From positions 1 through 37,612 of IMG/VR virus record IMGVR_UViG_3300043036_000344: a stretch of 37,612 bases of DNA. The stretch is one strand, 5' to 3'. The stretch comes from a virus. Taxonomy: Duplodnaviria; Caudoviricetes. The notes beneath the pieces were generated by a model that saw only the letters and a program-made list of their open reading frames with translations, was not told the DNA's origin and ran no database searches. Each line of letters opens with the position of its first letter. The stretch's first letter is position 1. Below are positions 1 to 10,385 of this stretch, in pieces. The position numbers and the translations under genes were made by a program.

Positions 1-97
1 ATTCAATTATTTGATTAATTAAACGATCACTTGCATGATCGTATTTACGATTAATATTAAAATAGTTATCGTGAGAAGAATAGTATTTATCTTTCAT
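1..97 (-). CDS. 5' part of a gene running off the left edge (dUTPase position by T5 synteny, unverified)
   Basis: ATG at 97 overlaps the D15 stop (ATGA); open frame MKDKYYSSHDNYFNINRKYDHASDRLINQIIE to the window edge. Confidence 0.35.
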   Translation of the reverse strand, partial: MKDKYYSSHDNYFNINRKYDHASDRLINQIIE

Positions 98-945
98 TTT
101 GTATAAAGCTCTAGAATTGTGTTGATTTCTTGGCAATTGGTTTCGCCTACTGCTTCTTCACAGTGCGTAACCAAGTCCATTAGTTGATAGTTTAAAATGA
201 GTTGATCTTTTGATTTATTCAACTCTTGAATGTATTTATACTTGCCGTTTACAGGGATGCTGGCAATAATATCCCATGTGGAGCCATACTCGGCTACTAA
301 GCTGGCTGCACGTTTTGGTCCGATACTTGGAACACCAAATACGTTATCTCCACTATCACCAGTTAGACACTTAATCGAAATGTAATCCTCAGGATTCCAC
401 TCGTAGTGACTGCTCCAGTTTTCGTGCGTGACTTCTTTGCGTGTAACGTAACTGAACCGACTAACTTTAGGTTGTACAAGCAAGTCCCAGTCTTTATCAC
501 TAGAAATCAACCAGATTTCGTCAAACTTATTTAAGATTGACTTTTTGGTTGCGATATAAGCAGCAATGTCGTCTGCTTCAACGCCTTGAAATTTCAATAC
601 TGGATAGTCTGTGGAATTCTTGATGTGCTCTAGCGTGGCTAAAAAGTCTTCAAAGAATAGCTCGAAAGCCAGTGCTTCTGCTTCAGTTTGTAGTGCTTGT
701 TTGTCTTTGCGATTTTGCTTGTATTCAGGGCTAAGAGCTTTGCGATAGCTTGAGGAGCCTTGATCACACGCCATGATAACGTGTGAGGCTTTGTAGCTTT
801 TCTTCAAACTCTGAACTGTGCGTAGGTAGTCTTCAGCAAAATCAGTAGCACCCGAATGCTTATAGCGAAAAGCTAAGTTAAGTGAGTCTACGATAAGCAG
901 TACGTTGCCTGCTTCTGCTAGTTTTGCGAATGATTTAGTTGCCAT
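94..945 (-). CDS. D15: 5'-3' exonuclease / flap endonuclease (T5 D15-like)
   Basis: LIVDSLNLAFR, DQGSSSYRK, YKQNR, EADD, SSDKDW, LTGDSGDNVFGVPSIGPKRA (H3TH) motifs. Confidence 0.93.
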   Translation of the reverse strand: MATKSFAKLAEAGNVLLIVDSLNLAFRYKHSGATDFAEDYLRTVQSLKKSYKASHVIMACDQGSSSYRKALSPEYKQNRKDKQALQTEAEALAFELFFEDFLATLEHIKNSTDYPVLKFQGVEADDIAAYIATKKSILNKFDEIWLISSDKDWDLLVQPKVSRFSYVTRKEVTHENWSSHYEWNPEDYISIKCLTGDSGDNVFGVPSIGPKRAASLVAEYGSTWDIIASIPVNGKYKYIQELNKSKDQLILNYQLMDLVTHCEEAVGETNCQEINTILELYTK

Positions 946-1120
946 CTTTGTTACAGGTAATTGTTAGTGTTTTGCTAATGCCTTCGGCTGCGACAGTGGT
1001 ACGAATTGTACCAGTTTTGCAGCTTCTTAAGAACGCATTGGAAATGCCGTTTGCCTCTGAATAGTCAGAATTACAACCTGCTAACAAGAGAATAAAAGTT
1101 AAAGTGTATATTGTTTTCAT
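935..1120 (-). CDS. small predicted lipoprotein
   Basis: Signal peptide ending LLLAGC (lipobox); own promoter immediately upstream. Confidence 0.6.
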   Translation of the reverse strand: MKTIYTLTFILLLAGCNSDYSEANGISNAFLRSCKTGTIRTTVAAEGISKTLTITCNKDGN

Positions 1121-1126
1121 TTTATT

Positions 1127-1158
1127 ATTATACCAAAGATGACTACATAAATCAAGTC
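1127..1158 (-). promoter_or_regulatory. sigma70-type phage promoter
   Basis: Minus strand ACTTGATT-N17-TATAAT; -10 lies 7 nt before the ATG at 1120. Confidence 0.65.
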
Positions 1159-1610
1159 ACAAATTCTGGTTGCTCGTTAGTTAACCACTCTTCTAGTAGT
1201 GATACGTAAAATTCGTGGCCTTGAACATTTAGGAACATATAACGATACTTGTTGAGTGTTGGCATTTCTTGAAATGCCACAAATACTTTGCTTCGATCAA
1301 ATTTAAAGATTAGTAATGGCTTCTTGTTAACCTGTAGTCCCTGACGGATTGTTTGTTCCCAAAATTCAATGATCTGAGGATTTTTACCTGTTAGTACACT
1401 ACTGGTAAGGTGATCTTCTGCATAGCCTTTTACTTCTGTGCAGTACAGATTAGTTCGGCCAGGCACGTACAAATCGCCTTTAAGTTGATGTTTAGGGTCT
1501 AAAGCACCAGAGCCAGGTACTCGTTCCCACCCTAAACCGGTGTGTTTTTTCAAGAGGTCACGTACAGTAGTTTCTGTACGTGCACCCTTAGCTCTAGCGT
1601 CTACGGCCAT
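1152..1610 (-). CDS. D14: T5 D14-like PD-(D/E)xK nuclease / Holliday junction resolvase
   Basis: RAKGARTE, RVPGSGA, KGDL, EVK motifs; located between D13 and D15. Confidence 0.85.
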   Translation of the reverse strand: MAVDARAKGARTETTVRDLLKKHTGLGWERVPGSGALDPKHQLKGDLYVPGRTNLYCTEVKGYAEDHLTSSVLTGKNPQIIEFWEQTIRQGLQVNKKPLLIFKFDRSKVFVAFQEMPTLNKYRYMFLNVQGHEFYVSLLEEWLTNEQPEFVT

Positions 1611-1909
1611 TACGCCTGGGAAGCTTCACTTCCAGGTTCCACGCTGCTGGGAACCACTGCTTCAGCAGGTGCCTCCTCAACAACTGGCACTACAACCGTA
1701 TCAGGAACACTTACAGTCACAGCTGGAGATGCGCCATCAACCGTGTAAACAATGCTATCAGTTAAGCAAAGATAAGTAGTTGGAGTATCACAAACAAGAG
1801 TTGCTAATTCGATTTGATTAAATGGCTCACCTAAGCCAATAGCAATAGTTTGACCATTGCGAGTAATTGTGTTGTGACCACTGGTTTCACGAATAACGTA
1901 AAGTTTCAT
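1610..1909 (-). CDS. hypothetical protein
   Basis: Likely start MKLYV at 1909 with GAGG RBS; Pro/Val/Glu-rich C-terminus; stop abuts the D14 start. Confidence 0.6.
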   Translation of the reverse strand: MKLYVIRETSGHNTITRNGQTIAIGLGEPFNQIELATLVCDTPTTYLCLTDSIVYTVDGASPAVTVSVPDTVVVPVVEEAPAEAVVPSSVEPGSEASQA

Positions 1910-1910
1910 T

Positions 1911-3749
1911 TTATACCTCAATTTGAGAGATGTTGTTTTGTTTAACAACATTGATTTTTTCAAGTAGAGGGTGTGTAAAGCCGTGCGACACTAGGAAAGT
2001 ATTAAGGTATTCCTCTGCTAGTAAAACTTCTACTAGCTTTTCTTTTCCGTCAACATCTAAGGCTTCTACAGTCTCATCTAGAATTAATAAGTTAATGCGT
2101 GAACTTGATAGTGATTGCATTAACTTGCGAATGGCTAATAGGGTAGCTACGTTTACACGAGCACGCTCTCCGCCACTTAGTGCAAGAATATCAATATCCT
2201 TGCTATTATCTGTGATAATAACATTAAGTTTATCACTAGAATTAATGCGGAAGGCAATCTGGAATCTGCCGTCCGATAAGTCAACTAAGTACTGATTAGT
2301 TAGTTCTTCTAAGTCTTTAACCAAGCACTCAATCTTGTAAGCTACCAATCCAGTTGTTGAAAAGGTTTTGGTTAATATATTGATTAACCCCATCTTTTCA
2401 CTTAGCTCATGAAGCGTACCAGAATACTTTTCCAGATCCTCATTCATGTCTACCAATTGTTTTGAAACAATATCAACTTTGGTATTGTGTGCGTCTGCTT
2501 CACGGTTGTGCTTTTCAGCTTTTACAATAGCAGCTTTTAGCTTTGTGATTTCGTCTTGAATTTCATCAAACTGACGACTTAGGTCATTTTGATCTAATAA
2601 ATCTTCTTGCAGTTTAGGGTCTATTAGCGAGTGGTACTTTTCCCATTCTTCTTTGGCTTTTGTAGCTTTATCAAACTCAGCAACCTCAACTTTAACTTCT
2701 GCTTCTTTTGCTTGAAACTCTTTAATAATTACATCTAGTTCTGCAAACTTAGAGCGTGCTGTAGTTTGTAATTCTTGTTGCTCCAACAAAAGCGCAGCAA
2801 TCTTGGCCTCATCAATAGTCTGCAAACAAGTAGGGCAAGTACCGGATAGTCCGTGCATTTTCTTTACAAAAGCTTGAGAATCTTTAACAGCCTTATTAAG
2901 CTCAATCTGCTCAGTAGCTGCTGTAGTTGCCACTGTTTTCAACTCTTTGGGCAACGGTGTAGGCTGTGGAGGGATTGGAAATACTTTTAAGCCATCTTGA
3001 ATTTTGCGGTAAGTATTGTTTTTAGTGATCTTTTTATTAGTCTGCTCCAAGTTTTCTAGTGCAGTCGACAGGCCACTTTGCTTGGTAATCCAACTATCAG
3101 GTACTGCATCAACTGGTAACAATTCTTTAAGTGTTAAATCAGTGTTGCCATACTTGCTTAGCCAGTTATTAACTGTGGTAATTTGCGATTGGATTGCTGT
3201 GATTTCTTTTGATAGGTCTTGAGCAACTTCCTTAAAAATATCTTGTGCACGAGTATACTTGCCTAGGTTAAGTAACTCTATTAGGAACTTTTTTCTAGCT
3301 GTGTCTGGCGCAGTAAGAAATTCTAAGCTCGACGCATTTGACTGGTACACAATTTGTGCAAATGTCTTGTGGTCGAATCCTAGAATAGCTTCTATTTGCT
3401 TGTAGGTTGCTGTTGCAGTGTGTGCTGAAATATCATTACCTGAGCGGTATAGCTTTACGGTTTGCGTAGTACCACGACTAGATTTGATCTGATAACTAGT
3501 GGCATCTTTATCAAAGTCTAGCTCAATTGTATAAGTCTTGTCTTTGATATAGCGATTAAGAATGTCTGCTTTCTTAATGCCTTTTGAATTCTTGTTGAAT
3601 AAGACTTCTTCTAAGATAAGTGCAACACTAGATTTACCATGACCGTTCTTGCCTACAAGTTGAGTAAGAGGGCTGTCTACAAAACTAACTACATTGTCCT
3701 TACCGTAACTAAAGGCATTAGACCAACGCAATGTTTTAAGAGTAATCAT
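1911..3749 (-). CDS. D13: SbcC/Rad50-like ATPase subunit (T5 D13-like)
   Basis: Walker A GKNGHGKS, zinc hook CPTC, signature LSGGE, Walker B LLILDE, coiled coils. Confidence 0.93.
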   Translation of the reverse strand: MITLKTLRWSNAFSYGKDNVVSFVDSPLTQLVGKNGHGKSSVALILEEVLFNKNSKGIKKADILNRYIKDKTYTIELDFDKDATSYQIKSSRGTTQTVKLYRSGNDISAHTATATYKQIEAILGFDHKTFAQIVYQSNASSLEFLTAPDTARKKFLIELLNLGKYTRAQDIFKEVAQDLSKEITAIQSQITTVNNWLSKYGNTDLTLKELLPVDAVPDSWITKQSGLSTALENLEQTNKKITKNNTYRKIQDGLKVFPIPPQPTPLPKELKTVATTAATEQIELNKAVKDSQAFVKKMHGLSGTCPTCLQTIDEAKIAALLLEQQELQTTARSKFAELDVIIKEFQAKEAEVKVEVAEFDKATKAKEEWEKYHSLIDPKLQEDLLDQNDLSRQFDEIQDEITKLKAAIVKAEKHNREADAHNTKVDIVSKQLVDMNEDLEKYSGTLHELSEKMGLINILTKTFSTTGLVAYKIECLVKDLEELTNQYLVDLSDGRFQIAFRINSSDKLNVIITDNSKDIDILALSGGERARVNVATLLAIRKLMQSLSSSRINLLILDETVEALDVDGKEKLVEVLLAEEYLNTFLVSHGFTHPLLEKINVVKQNNISQIEV

Positions 3750-3985
3750 TAGACCAGCTTTCGTAACTCAGCAACACCGCCAATGTACTTGCCATTGATA
3801 AATATTTGTGGTACTGATCTGGCATCGGGAACTGCTTCCAGCAATTCTTGCTTTGTGGCATTTTCGCCTAGTATTTTAATTTCATAAGGAATGTTACGAA
3901 ACTCAAGTATATTTTTAGCTTGATCACAAGCTATGCAGTTACGTTGTGACCAGATAACTGCTTTATTGTTCGAATTTGTCGGCAT
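3749..3985 (-). CDS. glutaredoxin
   Basis: CIAC active site, SVPQIFINGKYIGG. Confidence 0.9.
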   Translation of the reverse strand: MPTNSNNKAVIWSQRNCIACDQAKNILEFRNIPYEIKILGENATKQELLEAVPDARSVPQIFINGKYIGGVAELRKLV

Positions 3986-4916
3986 AGTTTTGCATTTCTT
4001 TTAGGACTTGAGTTACGGTTTCTGACGGCAATTCAAGTATGTAATTTAAGTATTCCGCTACTTCGTCCCCTAAGGTCATAGTAGGGTCTAAGATAAGTGT
4101 AGCTTCTGTGGCTCGTTTAATGACTTTTTTATCAATTAGATCACTATTCTCTAGCTCAGCTAATTCAGCCATATCACCCTCAATCTCATAGATTGTGTGG
4201 TGGTATTGTGTAGCCAGCTTTTCATCATGCACACCTATGGTTTTACGAATAAGCTGAGGTAGCTCTAGCTTTAGCCAATCGTGATTCCCAGTAGCGTCAT
4301 CAAATAATAAAACCCCAGTATCCACGACATTACGATGAAAGCTAGTAGTGCAAGGGCTGCCAGGGTAAAGAATGTTTCTTTGAGAATTTTCATATGAGTG
4401 TAAGTCGCCAGCCAGCACAGTAGTCCAGGGATTAAAAATATCGAGGTCAATTTCTGGTTTGACATGAGGTGGAATTTCACCACGTACGTGAGTGCACAGA
4501 ACTTTTTTGGAAAAAACAAAATCCGTTTTTTCAAGTTCTTTTAGTTTGTTATATGGAACAAAGTCAACGCCTTTATACGTATAAAAGTCGTCTACGATTC
4601 TGACTAAGGGATTAAGGCGTGCAACTACAACTTTTAAATTTGATAAAAAAGTTGTGTCTTTTTTAACCGCTTCGTGATTACCTGGATAGATAATAGTTTC
4701 CACTACGCAGCTGGCTACTAGATCAAAGAAACATTCTAGTTCTTCCATATTTGGCAACTTGTCAAATACGTCCCCGCCTATCACAAATAACTCACATAGC
4801 TTTTGTTGTTCTTGTAGTTGTTTCCACAAGCTGTTATACCGATTCTTTGCCCACTCTACTGGTACATTCTTTTGACCTAGCTTAATGTGCACGTCGGCTG
4901 TGAATAAGATTTTCAT
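3963..4916 (-). CDS. D12: SbcD/Mre11-like nuclease subunit (T5 D12-like)
   Basis: ADVH, GGDVFD, GNHE, GDLH, YPGS metallophosphoesterase motifs. Confidence 0.93.
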   Translation of the reverse strand: MKILFTADVHIKLGQKNVPVEWAKNRYNSLWKQLQEQQKLCELFVIGGDVFDKLPNMEELECFFDLVASCVVETIIYPGNHEAVKKDTTFLSNLKVVVARLNPLVRIVDDFYTYKGVDFVPYNKLKELEKTDFVFSKKVLCTHVRGEIPPHVKPEIDLDIFNPWTTVLAGDLHSYENSQRNILYPGSPCTTSFHRNVVDTGVLLFDDATGNHDWLKLELPQLIRKTIGVHDEKLATQYHHTIYEIEGDMAELAELENSDLIDKKVIKRATEATLILDPTMTLGDEVAEYLNYILELPSETVTQVLKEMQNYADKFEQ

Positions 4917-4927
4917 ATTTTATTAGG

Positions 4928-4964
4928 CAAAAAAGCCTGGTAAGCTGTGAAGTTTACCAGGCTG
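4928..4964 (-). terminator. rho-independent terminator
   Basis: AGCCTGGTAA..TTACCAGGCT hairpin followed by a T-run on the minus strand, after D11. Confidence 0.7.
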
Positions 4965-4972
4965 ATTTAATT

Positions 4973-5611
4973 TTACTCTAGATCTTTAACTGCTTCGCGC
5001 TCTGCGTCAGAAGTGGATTCTTCGTCAGCACCGCTTGTAACTTTTTCTAGGAGAGCTTTGACTTCGTCAGCCGTAGGACGAACATACTTTTCGTCGATTG
5101 CTTTTTCAGCATCTGCTAAGGCACGCTCAGCAGCCGAAAGTTTACGCGCTTTGCAACGCAATGGTTGCAATTGGTATTCAACGTTAAAGGCTAGAGGGCC
5201 AGTTTTAACGCGCTTGAATACAACATCCCAGCCAGTATCGTAATCAGTAGGATCGCCCAAATCTTCAGAAGTTGTCATGATCTGCTCAAACAATTTCTTT
5301 TTAAGGTTAAGTGCCTTAACTTTCCCATCCTTAGGGTCGATGCAATTAATAGAGTAGCTCCATGAGCACTTTGCATCTGGGAAGTATTCTTGAACGTGAT
5401 CTACTTCTAGATTATCGAACTTTTCTTTTTCACGGCTGAATGCCAAGCACTCAATCGGAATATCTTTGTTGTTAGAACCTTTAATCCAGTACACATAACG
5501 AGGAAGAATTCCACCGATAAGACGTACTGTGTTTTCGCCATCTTTATACTCAAAAGCGTCTACTTTGTTTGATTGTGCTTTGCCTTTGGTATTTTTGAAG
5601 CTAATTGCCAT
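4973..5611 (-). CDS. D11: T5 D11-like ssDNA-binding protein
   Basis: VRLIGGILPRYVYW, LKKKLFEQI, LGDPTD..TGWDVVF; acidic C-terminus; synteny. Confidence 0.8.
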   Translation of the reverse strand: MAISFKNTKGKAQSNKVDAFEYKDGENTVRLIGGILPRYVYWIKGSNNKDIPIECLAFSREKEKFDNLEVDHVQEYFPDAKCSWSYSINCIDPKDGKVKALNLKKKLFEQIMTTSEDLGDPTDYDTGWDVVFKRVKTGPLAFNVEYQLQPLRCKARKLSAAERALADAEKAIDEKYVRPTADEVKALLEKVTSGADEESTSDAEREAVKDLE

Positions 5612-5999
5612 TTGTTAATTCCTCGTATTTGAATTTAATTTGTTTGTTTTTGATTTCAAGCAATGGATTTGACTCCACTGCGGATAAGTTTAAATCGCTG
5701 AAATAGGTCAGATCTAAGTATTTAATCTTGTGTGATTTGTACAAAGCGTAGTCTCGTCGTGCAGATAATCTTAGATACTGTACTAGATAGCGAATGTCTG
5801 TAGTTTTGTCGTTGAAGAAGCCTTCGGGGTTTAACAAAAAACTACTGCCTGCTAATGATTTCTGGATTGGCTTGTAAACGGTGTATTTGCTTTTTGCGAT
5901 TGTTCGTTTTTGCCAATGGAACTTAAGAGCCTGCAACATATAGTCCGGGTTACATAGTGTTTCCTGTTCTAATATTAAAATGTTGAAAAATAAGATCAT
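5601..5999 (-). CDS. hypothetical protein (T5-type position between D10 and D11)
   Basis: 132 aa ORF with promoter upstream and AGGA RBS. Confidence 0.65.
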   Translation of the reverse strand: MILFFNILILEQETLCNPDYMLQALKFHWQKRTIAKSKYTVYKPIQKSLAGSSFLLNPEGFFNDKTTDIRYLVQYLRLSARRDYALYKSHKIKYLDLTYFSDLNLSAVESNPLLEIKNKQIKFKYEELTNGN

Positions 6000-6018
6000 T
6001 TTGTCCTTTTCAACTGAT

Positions 6019-6057
6019 ATTATACCAGTTTAGGGTCGACATGACAAGTCAATTTTT
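6019..6057 (-). promoter_or_regulatory. sigma70-type phage promoter with AT-rich UP element
   Basis: AAAATTGAC-TTGTCA-N17-TATAAT. Confidence 0.75.
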
Positions 6058-7353
6058 CTAGACCGATATAATTTCCCAGCCTTTACGCATATAAAGACCA
6101 AGCCTATCATTATTCTGCTTCTTGTCTGCAAATCCAGAAAACTGTATGTCTAATACTAGCGGTGTAAGCTTGTCAGTGTGAATACGCTGTATTCGTCCAA
6201 CAATTTGTTCTAGTAGTGAGTCGTTTGACATTGGTACTGCTAGGATAACGCAGCTGAGGATGTTAACAGATATGCCTTCTGAGAAGATCTGCCTTGACCC
6301 ACAAACGCATTTTTTGGTTCCATCGAGCAATTGCTCTTTTGCGAGTTTTCGGTCATTTGTTTCCGTGTTTCCAGTAACCAACACACTTTCTTCACCAACA
6401 TATTCTGATACCTTTTCTAAGAATTCTACTCGATCTGCAATAACTAAGACACTATGTCCTAGTGACATTTGTGTTAGCGCTAAACTAGCGATAAATCTGC
6501 GGTAATCATCACTTTGCGTGAGATCAGTAATCTTTTCAACCCAAGTTGCGCCTGGCTTTAGGGTAATGCCAGGTTTAATTAGTTTAACTACTGGAGTTAA
6601 GGTATTGGATTGCGGTGGTTTGACGACGTGCGACCCGAAGTAGTCACGGAAGACGATATGCTTTTGATCTTTACGCACCATGGTTCCGGACAAAGCAATC
6701 CTGTATCTTGCGTGAAACGAGTCGATAATGGCAGCAAATGTTGTGGCAGGACAGTGGTGGGCTTCGTCGAGGATAACAGTCCCAAACTCCTTAGATAGAG
6801 ATACAGTATGCTTAACAAGGGTTTGTACATTTGCAATGGTGATGAAATGATCTTCGTGGTCAATTTGTCCACCACCAATAACTCCGGGTTTCTGCCCGAA
6901 TAAGACCTCGACTTCTTCAGCCCACTGGTCTCGTAATGCTGCTGTGTGGGTAATAACCAGGGTTTTTTGTCCGAACTTGTGGGCAAGGTGTAGCGCTGTG
7001 AAGGTTTTTCCCCATCCGACAAGAGCATTGATAAATACTGTATCTGCCACTTCGTCATATACGACCTGTTGTTCCGGTCGTAAAGGAAATTTGGGTGATG
7101 GAAAAGGAACTGATACACTGACTCGTCTATCAATGATTTCATAGTCTTCGGGGATTAGATCTTGACGCCCTTGCGGAAGTGACAAGATGCCTTTGGTTAA
7201 TACTTTGTAGTTTTTGATTGTTTCTACAGCTGCAAACTTCTTAGACCCAGTATCTTTTTGTATTTTGTAGGTTAGTGCCTTGACGATGGCTTTAGTCGCA
7301 TCTGTACCAGGATTATCCAAGTATATGCGATTTGATATAACTGCCTTAGCCAT
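6058..7353 (-). CDS. D10: superfamily 2 DEAH helicase (T5 D10/UvsW-like)
   Basis: LRPEQ Q-motif, GWGKT, DEAHH, LSGT, QIVGRIQR; likely start MAKAV at 7353. Confidence 0.92.
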   Translation of the reverse strand: MAKAVISNRIYLDNPGTDATKAIVKALTYKIQKDTGSKKFAAVETIKNYKVLTKGILSLPQGRQDLIPEDYEIIDRRVSVSVPFPSPKFPLRPEQQVVYDEVADTVFINALVGWGKTFTALHLAHKFGQKTLVITHTAALRDQWAEEVEVLFGQKPGVIGGGQIDHEDHFITIANVQTLVKHTVSLSKEFGTVILDEAHHCPATTFAAIIDSFHARYRIALSGTMVRKDQKHIVFRDYFGSHVVKPPQSNTLTPVVKLIKPGITLKPGATWVEKITDLTQSDDYRRFIASLALTQMSLGHSVLVIADRVEFLEKVSEYVGEESVLVTGNTETNDRKLAKEQLLDGTKKCVCGSRQIFSEGISVNILSCVILAVPMSNDSLLEQIVGRIQRIHTDKLTPLVLDIQFSGFADKKQNNDRLGLYMRKGWEIISV

Positions 7354-7886
7354 TAAACAAGTCTCCAACTTTCTTGAGGTTTAGTATTATACAAGCCATA
7401 AAAAATATAGCTCATTCCTGATTGCAGTACAGCAGCGTATTCTACATCCGCGTCTGGTTTAAATGTGGTCTTAAAACGCTGAGGAATTCCTTCCAGTTCT
7501 AAAACAACGCCTAAGCCCGCAGTAGGCAGTATCTTTGTTATCTTACGCACTAGTAACTTGGCTCGTTTTGATTTTTTGTACTGGAACAATGCTCCACTAC
7601 TATCAATAAACCAAGTACTAGATTTTGCCAATTTGATCAAGTCACCTAAAAAGTAAATGGCTTGACGTATTGGGAAAAGCGGTATGTTGTTTACTAAGAG
7701 TTCTAGCCTGCGGCGGCTTAGGGTGTCCCTATCAATGCTTTTATCATCTACTATGCGTAAGGTACCTGTGTGTTCGTGGGTATCTAAATCAGTGTACTCT
7801 GTTGCATAGTAGACTATGTCACCATCTTGCTGTGGCTCACGCTCTCCAAGCCTAAAGACGGGCCAAACGATCTGTTCTAATCTCAT
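7353..7886 (-). CDS. hypothetical protein (T5-type position between polymerase and D10)
   Basis: Likely start MRLEQ at 7886; translationally coupled to neighbours. Confidence 0.65.
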   Translation of the reverse strand: MRLEQIVWPVFRLGEREPQQDGDIVYYATEYTDLDTHEHTGTLRIVDDKSIDRDTLSRRRLELLVNNIPLFPIRQAIYFLGDLIKLAKSSTWFIDSSGALFQYKKSKRAKLLVRKITKILPTAGLGVVLELEGIPQRFKTTFKPDADVEYAAVLQSGMSYIFYGLYNTKPQESWRLV

Positions 7887-10134
7887 AGAATTTCTCAAAG
7901 TCTCCAAATGCGTAGTCTTGTCCAACGTCCTGATCTACGCCGATAGGAGAGCCTTTGATAGAACATCCTAGGTCTTGCTGAGTGTTACGCTTGAGGATCT
8001 CGCAGTATTCCACCACATCTTCGTCTTTTACAAGCGCAACAATCGAGTCATGAACTAACATAAAGATTTTAGCATCCAGGTTTTTGGCTTTAACCTCATT
8101 TGCAGTAGCCATAGCACCAAACAAGTTCATGTCGGATGCTAAGGACTGTACTTCAGCGTTAATGCCCGAACGCACTTCATGAGCAGCAATACCTTTGTCG
8201 GTAGAGAACACATTTGGCAAACGGCGTTTACGACCAAAGAAACTATACGTATATCCATTAGCCTGAATAAACGCTTTACGCGAATCCAACCACTTTTTCA
8301 GTTTGTTAAATTTCGTAAAGTACGCTTTAATATCTTCTTGTGCCGTATCGAGGCCGTAATACTCACCGGTTGCTTTCGTAACAGTCTCTGAAACTTTCTT
8401 CGCTCCGCTTCCGTACAAAATGCCAAACGAGATAGCTTTAGCTGACTGTCGCATGGAAGGGTATAGCTTTTTGACATCTTCGACCGCACAAGGTAGTGAA
8501 AAGACCATGTGAGCAATCGTCGAGTGGAAGTCCCCGCCACCGGAGAAAACTTTCTGAAGGTTCTGGTCACCACTAAGCACTGCTGCATAATACATCTCTG
8601 CTGTTGTCAAGTCTTGACTTACAATCTTGTATCCCAGTGGAGCACTGATGCAACCTTTAATGATTGGGTCATCTCGTGGAATCTGCTGTGCATTAAACTT
8701 ACCGCTTGAAGACAAACGCCCTGAAGTGGTAAAGATAAGATTAAAGTTTGTACGAATACGTCCATCTTTGTCTAGCTCTGGTAATATCTTTTGGATATAA
8801 GTGTTTTGAATCTTACCTAGCTGACGCACTTTAAGGATAGCTGCTGGTAAGGGATGTTGCTCTGCAAGTTCTTTTAGAACTTCGGCATCAGTTGAAATAG
8901 CGCCTGTAGCAGTTTTCTTGCCGGTATGCTCTAGCCCTAAGTAGTCAAATAGTATAGTGCGTAATTGTAGCACTGAGTTAGGATTAAAGATCTTGCCATT
9001 GTCTTGCTCAAACTGCTTGACTTCAGGAAAAGCGTAAACAACTTCTTTAGCCAGCTGAATCTGCTCGTTTAGGTACAAGTCCGCAGCTTTCATACGCTCA
9101 ACACTAATAGGAATACCAACTTCTTCCATATTCATTAGGAATAAGGTACCGTCTACAAGCAATTTCTTGTAAACAAACATTAGCTTATCGTTTTTCTGGA
9201 CTAGTGGCCAGAACTTCATGAATAGGTCAAATGTTACCGCAGTATCAATTGAAGCGTACTGTGAGATTACATCAAATGGGATTAAGTCGTAAGTAAAATC
9301 TTCTTGCAGCATACCGTGCTGAGCACAGTAAGATCGCTTAAAGTCGTCTAGTTCCGAATCGTAGTCACCATAGTCTGTGTACTTTAGTGCTAGAGGCTTT
9401 AAACCATGCGAGTCATTTTCGTCTAGGACGTAATGTAGTAGCATTGTGTCGTGCACTCGATCATGATCAAAGTCAATATCAAGATGATACTTAATCATCT
9501 TAAAGTCAAACTTCATGTTGTGGAACACAGGATGAAAGTCCTTGCTGATCTTGCGTAACAGATCAATACACAGCTCGTCTAAGCAATCCGTCATGATATA
9601 ACGGCCTTGATGAGTTTTGTATGTTAAGGACACTCCTAGCACATAACCATCGCGGGGATACAGGGCTGTGGTTTCTGTGTCCCAAGCAACAAAGCCTTCA
9701 GCGTTTTCTAGGATTTCACGCAGGTAACGCTTGGCTTCTTTGGTATCACTAATACCAGCATAATCGCCAGCTGTGGTAGGCTTTAGCTCGCCTTCAATGT
9801 ACTTGTGAATTTTATCACACGCACGTTGAAAGTCTGGCTTGCCTTCAGGCTTGAAGGATAGCATTGCAGGGTTGGAAATTGCAATGAACTTGTCGTTTAC
9901 CAGTTGACCTGCCATGTTAGTCACGGAAGTGATCTTGGCATATTCTTTGGCGGCTTCGGCGCCGACTAAAATTACATAGTCGTATTCTTCCAAGTAAACT
10001 TCTAAGTCTACATCCTTTTTTAAGAGCTTGGTAATTGGCACAGAACTCATGTGGTAGTGGTCGAACTCAAACTTAAAGTAGTCTGAGTAACGTGTACGAT
10101 TTGGAGCTTTGTCAATTAAGGCAATTTTTGGCAT
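7852..10134 (-). CDS. pol: family A DNA polymerase with 3'-5' exonuclease domain
   Basis: ExoI DTETT, ExoII HNMKFD, TTSGRLSSS, motif A DLTTAE, motif B RQSAKAISFGILYG, motif C VHDS. Confidence 0.96.
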   Translation of the reverse strand: MPKIALIDKAPNRTRYSDYFKFEFDHYHMSSVPITKLLKKDVDLEVYLEEYDYVILVGAEAAKEYAKITSVTNMAGQLVNDKFIAISNPAMLSFKPEGKPDFQRACDKIHKYIEGELKPTTAGDYAGISDTKEAKRYLREILENAEGFVAWDTETTALYPRDGYVLGVSLTYKTHQGRYIMTDCLDELCIDLLRKISKDFHPVFHNMKFDFKMIKYHLDIDFDHDRVHDTMLLHYVLDENDSHGLKPLALKYTDYGDYDSELDDFKRSYCAQHGMLQEDFTYDLIPFDVISQYASIDTAVTFDLFMKFWPLVQKNDKLMFVYKKLLVDGTLFLMNMEEVGIPISVERMKAADLYLNEQIQLAKEVVYAFPEVKQFEQDNGKIFNPNSVLQLRTILFDYLGLEHTGKKTATGAISTDAEVLKELAEQHPLPAAILKVRQLGKIQNTYIQKILPELDKDGRIRTNFNLIFTTSGRLSSSGKFNAQQIPRDDPIIKGCISAPLGYKIVSQDLTTAEMYYAAVLSGDQNLQKVFSGGGDFHSTIAHMVFSLPCAVEDVKKLYPSMRQSAKAISFGILYGSGAKKVSETVTKATGEYYGLDTAQEDIKAYFTKFNKLKKWLDSRKAFIQANGYTYSFFGRKRRLPNVFSTDKGIAAHEVRSGINAEVQSLASDMNLFGAMATANEVKAKNLDAKIFMLVHDSIVALVKDEDVVEYCEILKRNTQQDLGCSIKGSPIGVDQDVGQDYAFGDFEKFYEIRTDRLARL

Positions 10135-10172
10135 TTGTGTTCTTTCTAATACTTTATTATAGCGTATTTGGG

Positions 10173-10385
10173 CTAATATTTCAAGTTTGTTTTTGTAAAA
10201 GCTTTGTGTAGCTCTAACATGGTTTGACGAAATTCTTCGTCTGTTGTAACTTCGCGCCCTAGCCAGTATATACGCCCTTGTGGGTCGATACGTACTACTT
10301 CTTTACTACTAGGGTTATTAATCGTTATAGTACTAGGAAGTTCCGGTGCTTTGATATTTGCATAAGCATAATTATTTTGTAACAT
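10173..10385 (-). CDS. hypothetical protein
   Basis: 70 aa ORF overlapping the primase stop. Confidence 0.55.
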   Translation of the reverse strand: MLQNNYAYANIKAPELPSTITINNPSSKEVVRIDPQGRIYWLGREVTTDEEFRQTMLELHKAFTKTNLKY